DNA of 64,000 nt, taken from the IMG/VR virus record IMGVR_UViG_3300029258_004075; one strand, given 5' to 3'. This DNA comes from an uncultured virus (IMG/VR IMGVR_UViG_3300029258_004075) (taxonomy: Duplodnaviria; Heunggongvirae; Uroviricota; Caudoviricetes). This document shows, in pieces, positions 53,067 to 62,094 of the stretch. Each line of letters starts with the position of its first letter. Position 1 is the stretch's first letter. The translations under genes and the position numbers were made by a program. The notes beneath the pieces are model-generated. The model was given only the letters and a program-made list of their open reading frames with translations, had not been told where the DNA came from and searched no databases.

Positions 53067-55733
53067 ATGAGCCCAAAAAGAAAGAGATTAATTAGAGATA
53101 CAAAAGCAAAAGTTTTACCACTCACTATAGTAATGATATTAATAGTAGCAAGTTTAACTGCTACATTTGTAATTTTACCACAAGACAACATAATTGTAAA
53201 AGCATCAAGTCCAACAGTTTCCACTAACGCAACGACTTCTATAACAACAACAACTGCTACATTAAATGGATACCTTAGTAATGATGGTGGTGAAAATTGT
53301 AGTGGTTGGTTTGAATGGGGTGAAACTGATAGTTATGGAAACACAGTATATATTTTAGAAGATGATACCGAAGACTCTTTTTCTTCTTCTGGAGACCCTC
53401 CTAATTCAGGAAGCCTTGCTAATATGCATGATGAAGATTGGGGTACATCTGGAGGATTAAACTATGAAGCAGATGATGATGCAGGAGAAAAAACAATAAC
53501 TGTGTATGAAGAGTATGATTCAGTTCCTTTAGTAGATAAATTTGGAGTTACCGTAAAATTTGCCCAATGGGTGGTGAGTGGGGCTGGTTCAACTGTCCAT
53601 GATTTTGAGTTCTTTATTTATAATTTAACCTCATCAGAGTGGGAATCGAAAGTCCAGAGTAGTTATGGAAACAATGTGTATATAGAAGCTTTTGGAATAT
53701 TGAACGCTAGTCATTATATAAATACCACTAACAATAATCAAGTAAAAACAAAAGTTTATATGAGAACAGTTTCTGACGACAACTTTATACTGCCTAAAAG
53801 TGGACACGTTGAATACTATGAAAGTAAATTAACAAGTTTTATTCCTACAGAAACATCTTTTAATGCGACATTAACTGGTCTTGACCCTGGTACGACCTAT
53901 CATTATCGTGCTGTTGCTAACAACAGCGACGGAACCTCATATGGTTCCGATATGACATTTACTACCGGTGGACTTCTCTCAGTGTCAACGAATGCTTCTT
54001 CAAATGTTGATGCGGATAGTGCAACATTGAATGGCTATTTATCTGATGATGGTGGTGAAGGTTGTATTGTTAGTTTTGAATATGGTTTAACTGATAGTTA
54101 TGGGAGTACAGTATATCCATATCAACCAGATTTGAGTAGTGGCGAGCACACAATAGATAGTGGTTCTATTAATGCTCAGAGTATGTATGCCTGTGATGTA
54201 GATTCTGATGGTGATATTGATGTCCTTAGTGCATCATATTCTGATGGTTATATTACTTGGTATGAGAACGACGGAAGTGAAAGTTTTACGCAACATATAA
54301 TAGCAGATGATTTTAGTTATGCTCGTTCTGTTTATGCTATTGATATTGACTCTGATGGTGATATTGATGTTTTAGGTGTTTCTTATTCTGCTGGTGAAAT
54401 TACCTGGTGGGAGAATGATGGAAGTGAAGGTTTTACTGAACATACGATAAATGGAAGTTTTAATGGTGCTTGGGATGTGTATGCTTGTGATGTTGATTCT
54501 GATGATGATATTGATGTGTTGGGTGCTGCACTTGCTGGTGAAATTACCTGGTTTGAAAATGATGGTTCTGAGTCTTTTACAAAACATACAATTAATGATT
54601 CTTTTGAAGAGGCATATGATGTGTATGCCACTGATGTTGATGGCGATTCTGATATTGATGTATTAGGTGCTGCTTATAGTGGTGATGATATTACTTGGTG
54701 GGAAAATGATGGTTCTGAATCATTCACTGAGCATACGATAGACGGGTCTTTTGATGGTGCTTATGAGGTGTATGCGTGTGATGTAGATGGTGATAATGAT
54801 ATTGATGTATTGGGTGCAGCATATTCTGATGGTGAAATTACCTGGTGGGAGAATGACGGGAGTGAAAGTTTCACTAAGCATACGATAGATGCTTCTTTTG
54901 ATGGTGCCCGCTCTGTTTATGCTTGCGATATAGATGGTGATGGTGATATTGATGTCCTTGGTGCAGCTTTTAGTGCTGATGATATTACGTGGTGGGAGAA
55001 TGATGGTAGTGAGTCTTTCACGGAGCATACGATAGAAGGTAATTTTAATGGTGCTCAGGGTGTCTATGCCACTGATGTTGATGGTGATGATGATATTGAT
55101 GTTCTTGGTGCAGCATATTTTGATGATGAGATTGTTTGGTGGGAGAACAATCAATCAAAAAATAGTCCATTAGAATTTTCTTATTCGCTTACTGGTATTT
55201 CTCCAAGTACAACATATCATTATCGTGCCGTGGCAAATAATTCTGTGGGAGAGTCTTATGGTTCTGATATGACGTTCACTACACCAGAGTTTAGTATTAA
55301 TGGTCTTGATGCTAATACTCGCTTTCCCTTTTCTGGTTCTCCAGGTACTACTGTTTGGTCAACAGGAAATATTACAATGAATATTCATACTAATCTGTCT
55401 GGAACTTCTCTCAGCTGCACTGACATATACCTTGATTTCAAAGATGGTATAGACACAGATATCAATCAAAACCAATTCAGCATTGCTGTTATTAACACAT
55501 CTGATGGAAGTTGGGCAAGTGTTTCTAGTGTATTAGACGTAACAGGTAACATGACTATCGATTCAACAACTTGGGCATCTGGTCTTAGTGCTGGTTGGGC
55601 TCACGGCACTAACCCGTTCCCAATTGATGATGTAAATACTACTATTGCAGTTCGAGCTCGTGTTTCTATTCCTGCAGGAAAAGACCTTGGAACATATACT
55701 GCTGATGATTGGGAAGTTACATGGGACTATTAG
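53067..55733 (+). CDS. Secreted adhesin: FN3-like domains + FG-GAP/VCBS beta-propeller
   Basis: About 7 repeats of HTI...F.GA..VYA.DVD.D.DIDVLGAA....ITWWENDG. Confidence 0.85.
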   Translation: MSPKRKRLIRDTKAKVLPLTIVMILIVASLTATFVILPQDNIIVKASSPTVSTNATTSITTTTATLNGYLSNDGGENCSGWFEWGETDSYGNTVYILEDDTEDSFSSSGDPPNSGSLANMHDEDWGTSGGLNYEADDDAGEKTITVYEEYDSVPLVDKFGVTVKFAQWVVSGAGSTVHDFEFFIYNLTSSEWESKVQSSYGNNVYIEAFGILNASHYINTTNNNQVKTKVYMRTVSDDNFILPKSGHVEYYESKLTSFIPTETSFNATLTGLDPGTTYHYRAVANNSDGTSYGSDMTFTTGGLLSVSTNASSNVDADSATLNGYLSDDGGEGCIVSFEYGLTDSYGSTVYPYQPDLSSGEHTIDSGSINAQSMYACDVDSDGDIDVLSASYSDGYITWYENDGSESFTQHIIADDFSYARSVYAIDIDSDGDIDVLGVSYSAGEITWWENDGSEGFTEHTINGSFNGAWDVYACDVDSDDDIDVLGAALAGEITWFENDGSESFTKHTINDSFEEAYDVYATDVDGDSDIDVLGAAYSGDDITWWENDGSESFTEHTIDGSFDGAYEVYACDVDGDNDIDVLGAAYSDGEITWWENDGSESFTKHTIDASFDGARSVYACDIDGDGDIDVLGAAFSADDITWWENDGSESFTEHTIEGNFNGAQGVYATDVDGDDDIDVLGAAYFDDEIVWWENNQSKNSPLEFSYSLTGISPSTTYHYRAVANNSVGESYGSDMTFTTPEFSINGLDANTRFPFSGSPGTTVWSTGNITMNIHTNLSGTSLSCTDIYLDFKDGIDTDINQNQFSIAVINTSDGSWASVSSVLDVTGNMTIDSTTWASGLSAGWAHGTNPFPIDDVNTTIAVRARVSIPAGKDLGTYTADDWEVTWDY
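54140..55150 (+). repeat. About 7 intragenic ~150-nt FG-GAP repeats
   Basis: Recurring gatattgatgt and tggtgggagaatga. Confidence 0.85.
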
Positions 55734-55744
55734 GAGAAATAATC

Positions 55745-57118
55745 ATGCGTAAAACAATGATATTAATAAGCTTTTTATTATTCATTATACTATCATCATA
55801 TAGTATAAGTGCTGCGACATATACAGAGACATTTGGTGGCTCAGTTGAAGTTTCTTTTCCTGTTCAACCAAATCCACTTACATGGAGCAGTGAACCAAGT
55901 CCGGATAGTAGTTCTGCAATAAGTATGACAGCAACAACTGCGACAAGTGTCAACACGCCGTTAAGTTATCAGTTTAACGAGACATCTGGAAATGCAGGAG
56001 CAACAGATAGTGATTGGCAATCTGCTGATACAACCTACACTGATAGTGGTTTATCTGAAAATACACAATATACCTATAAATGCCGTGCAAAGGATAGCAG
56101 CGACAATATTGGCAATTGGTCATCTGAGGTAAGCGTTTATACACATTGTGATGCACCGGGAGACGCCGAGGTAACTATTCACAGTAGCGGTCTTGATTGG
56201 ATAAAAGTTTATGTAGATGAACCTAATAACCCCAGCACTGCAGAGTGTTACATAGATTGCATTTCTGGTGGAGCAACAGATAGTGGATGGATATCTACAA
56301 GAGAAAATAGTCATTTTTATCATAACTTTACAGGTTTGTCACAAGGAACAGAATATTGTTTTAAAGCAAAATATCGCAACGGAGATGATGTTGAAACATC
56401 CTTGAACAGTAATGGGGAGTGCTATACTATTCCTGAACCACCAGAGCCACCAACAGATTTCACAGCAACAACACAGACTGACACAGAGATAGACCTTTCT
56501 TGGTTGCAAGGAATAGGAGCAACTCACACCTACATCGAATATAACAGCACCGGAACATGGGAACGAGGCGACGGAACAGAACTCTACAATAATACTGGTG
56601 AATCATTTAGCCATACTGGTCTGTCACCAGACACGCAGTATTTTTATCAAGCATGGAGTTATAACAGTACAACTGGTTTATGGAACGATACATATGCGAG
56701 TGATAGTAACACCACAAATGCACAACCACCAGTCAATACATCAGTTTCGCCAACAACATGGATAGGTGGTTCAAACAATGTAGAAACATCAATCAGAGAG
56801 AACTTCACATTCTGGCAGAATGGAACATCAAGCATCGATATAACCATAGGAGTCAATTCAACAAACTTCACATTTCAAGACTACGCAACATGGTCCACAG
56901 GAGGATTCAATCAAATCTGTGCGAACTTCACCACAGACACATGGTCAACAGAAACAAACATTGCAGACACATCATATCCTTTTTCAACAGTCCTAAAATC
57001 AGGCTTCACAACGGGCAATTTCAACTTTGGTGTTAGAATATGGATGCCAAAAACTCTTAGCAAAGAATCGCAAGAAGAAGAATTTGAAATTGTTCTTGCT
57101 GTAAGCGAGAGTACATAA
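55745..57118 (+). CDS. Secreted FN3-repeat protein
   Basis: Signal peptide, TETFGGSVEV, D.GL..NT.Y.Y repeats. Confidence 0.8.
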   Translation: MRKTMILISFLLFIILSSYSISAATYTETFGGSVEVSFPVQPNPLTWSSEPSPDSSSAISMTATTATSVNTPLSYQFNETSGNAGATDSDWQSADTTYTDSGLSENTQYTYKCRAKDSSDNIGNWSSEVSVYTHCDAPGDAEVTIHSSGLDWIKVYVDEPNNPSTAECYIDCISGGATDSGWISTRENSHFYHNFTGLSQGTEYCFKAKYRNGDDVETSLNSNGECYTIPEPPEPPTDFTATTQTDTEIDLSWLQGIGATHTYIEYNSTGTWERGDGTELYNNTGESFSHTGLSPDTQYFYQAWSYNSTTGLWNDTYASDSNTTNAQPPVNTSVSPTTWIGGSNNVETSIRENFTFWQNGTSSIDITIGVNSTNFTFQDYATWSTGGFNQICANFTTDTWSTETNIADTSYPFSTVLKSGFTTGNFNFGVRIWMPKTLSKESQEEEFEIVLAVSEST

Positions 57119-57194
57119 TAACGGACAGGGCGTAATATAAAATCCTACCCTGTAAGGTAAAAATAACAAAACAAACGAAAAGAGGTAAAAAAAT

Positions 57195-57689
57195 ATGAAA
57201 AAAATATATGCAATACTGGTATCATTTATGCTTATAGCAGTATTATCGATGATACCAACAAGCTACGCAGACCAAACAGTTACCGGCGAATTCACAGCGA
57301 ATGGAACGCTCACTGTGACAGTAAACAACACAAGTCCAAACTTTGATACTATCAATGTGAACGAAAACGCAACCGTCTCGTTAGAAGTAAACAATACAGG
57401 AAGCGTACGTGCAACGGTAACCCAAGACCAAGCAGAACATCACACAGGAAATCTTGAAATTGGAACAGTAGGCGGTCTTACCGAAGACCAATATAGTGTC
57501 GAAATGTCTAACGATACTGGTGTTTCTTGGACAGACATTGGACAAACCGTTGAAACATCTATATCAGATGACCTTGCTACTGGTGCAACACAAGCCTACG
57601 AACTACGAGTAAATGTTTCTTCTACACTCACCTATCAATCAGACGCAAATCAATTCTATGCCAATGTAACCGTAGCAGCATACAGTTAA
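57195..57689 (+). CDS. Secreted single-domain beta protein (candidate fibre/pilin-like subunit)
   Basis: Signal peptide, N-terminal strand TVTGEFTA, VNNTSPNF...V.NTGSV. Confidence 0.6.
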   Translation: MKKIYAILVSFMLIAVLSMIPTSYADQTVTGEFTANGTLTVTVNNTSPNFDTINVNENATVSLEVNNTGSVRATVTQDQAEHHTGNLEIGTVGGLTEDQYSVEMSNDTGVSWTDIGQTVETSISDDLATGATQAYELRVNVSSTLTYQSDANQFYANVTVAAYS

Positions 57690-57693
57690 ATGA

Positions 57694-58377
57694 GTGAAGC
57701 ACATGAAATACAAACTATTTGCAGTGACAGCATTAATGTCACTGCTATTTCTTTCGACACTGATGCCATCAGTAACACCTTCAGCAATATCAATTGGTCC
57801 TGCTATAGGTGTTCACACGTTTAATGACTTGAATGCAGATATTCTTGTCTCGGAAGGAAGTTTTTCTGTAAACAATAATGAGGACACTACAATTATAGTG
57901 CGTATTTCAACGCAAACTAACATAAAATCACAAGACCTTGACCACGAAACAGGAGAACCTAGAACACATACAGTTAATAAAACAGTTGTATTTCATGAAC
58001 AACCAAAAGATTGGATTACATTTGAACAGACATCCATAACAATACCACCAAACGAACAAGGTACTGTTGATTATACACTAAGAATACCTATCAAAGACCT
58101 CCCTTCGTATGTCTCTAAAGAAGATGGTTTCCTATCATATATAACTGTTCAAGCAGAGGAAGAAGAGACAAATGCAGCAGTATCAATAAGTGAGCGGTAC
58201 GATTTTAAAGTATTTACAATTTTTGGCGCAAATCTTCCTTCAAGCAAGACCCTTGTGCCATTTAACCCATTCATTTACATAGTACTTATAAGTTTATCAT
58301 TATCATTATTAATTACATACGTAAATCAAAAATATCATTTATTCAGAAAGATAAAACAGAAGGCATTGAGACAATGA
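57694..58377 (+). CDS. Secreted Ig-like protein with C-terminal TM (WxL-interacting/pilus-chaperone-like)
   Basis: ISIGPA...F.V.N...WITF....ITIPPNEQ.TV.YTL.IP. Confidence 0.5.
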   Translation: MKHMKYKLFAVTALMSLLFLSTLMPSVTPSAISIGPAIGVHTFNDLNADILVSEGSFSVNNNEDTTIIVRISTQTNIKSQDLDHETGEPRTHTVNKTVVFHEQPKDWITFEQTSITIPPNEQGTVDYTLRIPIKDLPSYVSKEDGFLSYITVQAEEEETNAAVSISERYDFKVFTIFGANLPSSKTLVPFNPFIYIVLISLSLSLLITYVNQKYHLFRKIKQKALRQ

Positions 58378-58982
58378 AGAAAATTATATCAATAGTTGTA
58401 ATTATTATACTATTAACAACATTTTGTTATAGTGTTTCATCCGCTAGTATAACAGGCTCATTTACAGCATCTAATCCTTTCTTTACTTCAATAAGCAACG
58501 AATACCCATCAAATGAGTCGACTGGAGTAGAAAGACCTCCTACGAATATTTCAGCGAATATCACTGGGAACGACGTAACGGTATACTTCTACTTTGTCAA
58601 TATGTCTGGTGTAACAGACACATACACGCAATTATATCACCAAGAAAACGTTACCAATGAGATTGTGGAAATGACAGCTCTTGATAGTTTTGGGATTGGA
58701 AATGAGTTCGATTGGGGTAACACAACGTACACATGGAGCATCAATATATCGGATGAATTTGGTTGGACAAATGAGAGTTTTTGGTATAAGACAGAAGGAA
58801 TAGCGTCAGGAAGCGATGCACGGTTAGATGTCAATAATGATGTTACCGTTGACATATTCGATGTTACTGTCATTTACAATTGGTATGATGAAGAAAATTC
58901 ATACAATGGATATTTTGATGTGAATGTAGACACACTAATTGACATCTTCGATTGTAGAGATGTTTATAATGGATATAATTAA
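58374..58982 (+). CDS. Secreted protein with dockerin-like C-terminus
   Basis: Paired DVN.D..VDIFD motifs. Confidence 0.7.
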   Translation: MKKIISIVVIIILLTTFCYSVSSASITGSFTASNPFFTSISNEYPSNESTGVERPPTNISANITGNDVTVYFYFVNMSGVTDTYTQLYHQENVTNEIVEMTALDSFGIGNEFDWGNTTYTWSINISDEFGWTNESFWYKTEGIASGSDARLDVNNDVTVDIFDVTVIYNWYDEENSYNGYFDVNVDTLIDIFDCRDVYNGYN

Positions 58983-58997
58983 AAGAAGGAATAAGAA

Positions 58998-59213
58998 ATG
59001 TATGAAATAAGTGTTGGACCAAAGGGTAAACGCATTACAGTGGAAACATGTGATACAAAAGCAGAAGCCAACAAAATCTTACGAGAATTAAAAAAACAAA
59101 GGAAATCAAAATTTAACTATAATCCCCGAATCAAAAAAATATCATCAGAAAGAGAAAAGGAAATAAGAAAGCGAACAAAACACCTTGTTGAAAGAACAAA
59201 ATCCCGCAGATGA
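58998..59213 (+). CDS. Small basic hypothetical protein
   Basis: K/R-rich 71 aa. Confidence 0.45.
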   Translation: MYEISVGPKGKRITVETCDTKAEANKILRELKKQRKSKFNYNPRIKKISSEREKEIRKRTKHLVERTKSRR

Positions 59214-59230
59214 TTAATGAGGAATAAAAA

Positions 59231-62083
59231 ATGAGAGGAAAAAAAGCAGTAGGAATAATATTAGTTTGCTTAATGCTGGTAATTTCAATGCTATTCGTAA
59301 ATGCAACGCAATTTACTGAAGATACAAATAATCCTATTTATGGTGCACATCTTGGTGATGGAAAAGCATACTATCCATCAGTGGTTTATGATTCTAATCA
59401 ATTCTCCGGTCACGGCAATACTTCATACTATAAGATGTGGTATGACCCCGGAGATGGAACACCACGACTTCTTCTTTCAGATGATGGTACAGATTTTGGT
59501 TCTTTTTCAGATTCAATAGCAATGACAAATTTAAGTACCGCATATCATCCTTCAGTTATCTACAACTCTGATGGTATTGATGGTACTGGTTATTATTATA
59601 GAATGTATTATTGGGATGGTTCAACAGACCTTTCAACTCGTGTCGCTGAATCAACTGATGGTATCAACTGGGAGAACGACCAATTAATAACACAAAACAC
59701 AACATATCATCTTCAAGAAACTGATGATGGGTTTTGGCATCAACATTATGGTCCTGGTAATGTGTATTATAATTCATCTGCAACAGACTCTGGCAGTAAT
59801 CCTTGGAATTATACATTCACTATGACATTTGACACATCAAGTGCTAATATCCTTGAACCTACGTATGGATACGAACATACAGGTCTTGCCTATTCATCAG
59901 ATGGTTTCAACTGGACAAGATATGGTGATGAACCAATACTTACAGCAGATAATGACTCTGAATGGGATGCTCATTATTCTTATCATGGTGACATCATAAA
60001 AGTTAAAGAAAATGATTGGCGTATGTGGTACTCTGGTGGAGATGATGATGAAGACGGTGGAAAATATTATGCGGAAGGTGTTGGTGAAGCATATTCAACG
60101 GATGGGTTAACATGGTATAAGAGTGATGACAATCCAATACTTCACTTTAGCGACAATCAATCAGACTCAAGCCTGGATTGGAGAGGTTACAGAACATACA
60201 CACCTAACGTAATTCGTAACGGAACATACATAATGATGTATTATACTGGTGATGATGGTGATAACCGTTCAATTGGTTATGCTGATGCATTTCTTACAGA
60301 GACAGAAGTAGAAATTATTGTTTCTCCATCTGTGATTGAAGTAGGAGATACTTTCAATTTTACTGAGTTTATTAATCAAGATGTTTCAATCCAAGCGTGT
60401 AAATTTACCGTGAACTTTACAACTAATATGAATGTTACTAATGGCTGGGTTGGAGAAGACCCGCTTTGGGATGATACATTCTTTACACTTGGAACTATCT
60501 ACAATGACACAGGAGACGGAACAGGAAGTGTGAATTATACTCAAAATGGTATTACCCATACAACAGAAAACGGTTCTCTTGCTGTCTTTAATGCAACAGC
60601 AATGAGCGTCGGACCATGTTACATCAATCATACGTATGTGAAAATAGGTTCTTCTGACCACGGAGATTGGTATATAGAAGATGTAGTTACTATTGATGCT
60701 GCTTTCACCATTTACCCACATAGTCCTTCTGGTCTTACAGCAACAATGACTACAGATACAAGAATAGACCTTTCTGGTTTTTCACCTGGTGATGGTGGAA
60801 CACACACCGTTATTAGAAGAGCAACAGGTTCTTATCCTGCGACACCACAAGCAGGGACAGAAGTATACAATGGAACAGGGTCTTCTACTAGTGACACATC
60901 ATTAACTGCAAACACAACATATTATTATAGAGCATGGACATATAATACAACACAAAATGTGTTCAGTTATAATTATCAACAAGACACAGAAAAAACAAAT
61001 GAATATCCAATTAACGATAACCCATCACCCGCAGACGGTGCTGAAAATGTTGAACTAAATCCTGATTTATCAATTGACGTTTATGATTATGATGGACAAG
61101 ACATGGATGTATCATTTTACACGAATGCGTCTGGGTCTTGGGTTCTTATAGGTTCAAATATGTCAGTATCTGATGGAACATATCAACAAAGCACATCACA
61201 ATTTGATTTATGGGAAACTGATTACTGGTGGAGCGTTAATACAACTGACGGTATCAATTGGAAGAACAACACATACACATTTGAAACACTTCCAAATGAA
61301 CCAGCAACAGCAGAAAACCCAACCCCACATCAAGTTAATAAAGTAAACATATCACCTGTATGCGAGGTAGACATACTTGACAAAGAGCGGTCAACATCTA
61401 TTATCGTTACATGGCAAGAGAACACAACGGGTTCATGGGTGACCAGAAGCGTAAACACATCAGTTGGTGATAACGAAACAGTTTCTTGGGTGTTTGCAGA
61501 GGCGGACACAATGGATACTGATTATTGGTGGCGTGTTTATGTTGATGATGGAATAAATAATGTATCATACGGACCTTGGAACTTTACAACACTATTCCTT
61601 AACGTTTCAAATGAATATCCGCTCAATAACGATGCGGAAGTAGAAAGAGAAGCAAATCTTAGTGCAGACTGTGATGGTTATGGTATGGATGTTTATATTT
61701 ATTTCTATAATATGACACCGAAAGTTCACACATGGTCTCTTGTTGATTCATGGACAGAAGAAAATTCAGATAGATTTGAAACAAATAGAGAATATGGAAA
61801 CGATTTCAAATGGGGAAATACAACGTACACGTGGTCAGTAAATATCACTGACGGAACGAATTGGGTGAACAAAACATACACGTATGTCACAGAACAACAA
61901 ACAGCTGAAGGACATAATGCACGAATGGATGTTGATGCTGATAATACCCTAGATATATTTGATGCAAGAGACACATATAATAATTACAACCAAGGGCATG
62001 AATTTGATGGAATATATGATGTTGATGAGAACGATGACATAGATGTGTTTGATTGTAGAACTATATATAATGAATATAATTAA
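59231..62083 (+). CDS. Secreted multidomain protein: GH43/GH130-like 5-blade propeller, cohesin-like, FN3, dockerin-like
   Basis: YxMWY and AxSxDGxxW repeats, VGDTFNF...GTI.N..G, paired DVDxDxxxDxFD. Confidence 0.75.
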   Translation: MRGKKAVGIILVCLMLVISMLFVNATQFTEDTNNPIYGAHLGDGKAYYPSVVYDSNQFSGHGNTSYYKMWYDPGDGTPRLLLSDDGTDFGSFSDSIAMTNLSTAYHPSVIYNSDGIDGTGYYYRMYYWDGSTDLSTRVAESTDGINWENDQLITQNTTYHLQETDDGFWHQHYGPGNVYYNSSATDSGSNPWNYTFTMTFDTSSANILEPTYGYEHTGLAYSSDGFNWTRYGDEPILTADNDSEWDAHYSYHGDIIKVKENDWRMWYSGGDDDEDGGKYYAEGVGEAYSTDGLTWYKSDDNPILHFSDNQSDSSLDWRGYRTYTPNVIRNGTYIMMYYTGDDGDNRSIGYADAFLTETEVEIIVSPSVIEVGDTFNFTEFINQDVSIQACKFTVNFTTNMNVTNGWVGEDPLWDDTFFTLGTIYNDTGDGTGSVNYTQNGITHTTENGSLAVFNATAMSVGPCYINHTYVKIGSSDHGDWYIEDVVTIDAAFTIYPHSPSGLTATMTTDTRIDLSGFSPGDGGTHTVIRRATGSYPATPQAGTEVYNGTGSSTSDTSLTANTTYYYRAWTYNTTQNVFSYNYQQDTEKTNEYPINDNPSPADGAENVELNPDLSIDVYDYDGQDMDVSFYTNASGSWVLIGSNMSVSDGTYQQSTSQFDLWETDYWWSVNTTDGINWKNNTYTFETLPNEPATAENPTPHQVNKVNISPVCEVDILDKERSTSIIVTWQENTTGSWVTRSVNTSVGDNETVSWVFAEADTMDTDYWWRVYVDDGINNVSYGPWNFTTLFLNVSNEYPLNNDAEVEREANLSADCDGYGMDVYIYFYNMTPKVHTWSLVDSWTEENSDRFETNREYGNDFKWGNTTYTWSVNITDGTNWVNKTYTYVTEQQTAEGHNARMDVDADNTLDIFDARDTYNNYNQGHEFDGIYDVDENDDIDVFDCRTIYNEYN

Positions 62084-62094
62084 AGGTGCAAAAT

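Noticed and set aside
54140..55150. Diversity-generating retroelement TR/VR pair
   Set aside because: Repeats are in-frame FG-GAP blades varying at all bases; no reverse transcriptase in the window.
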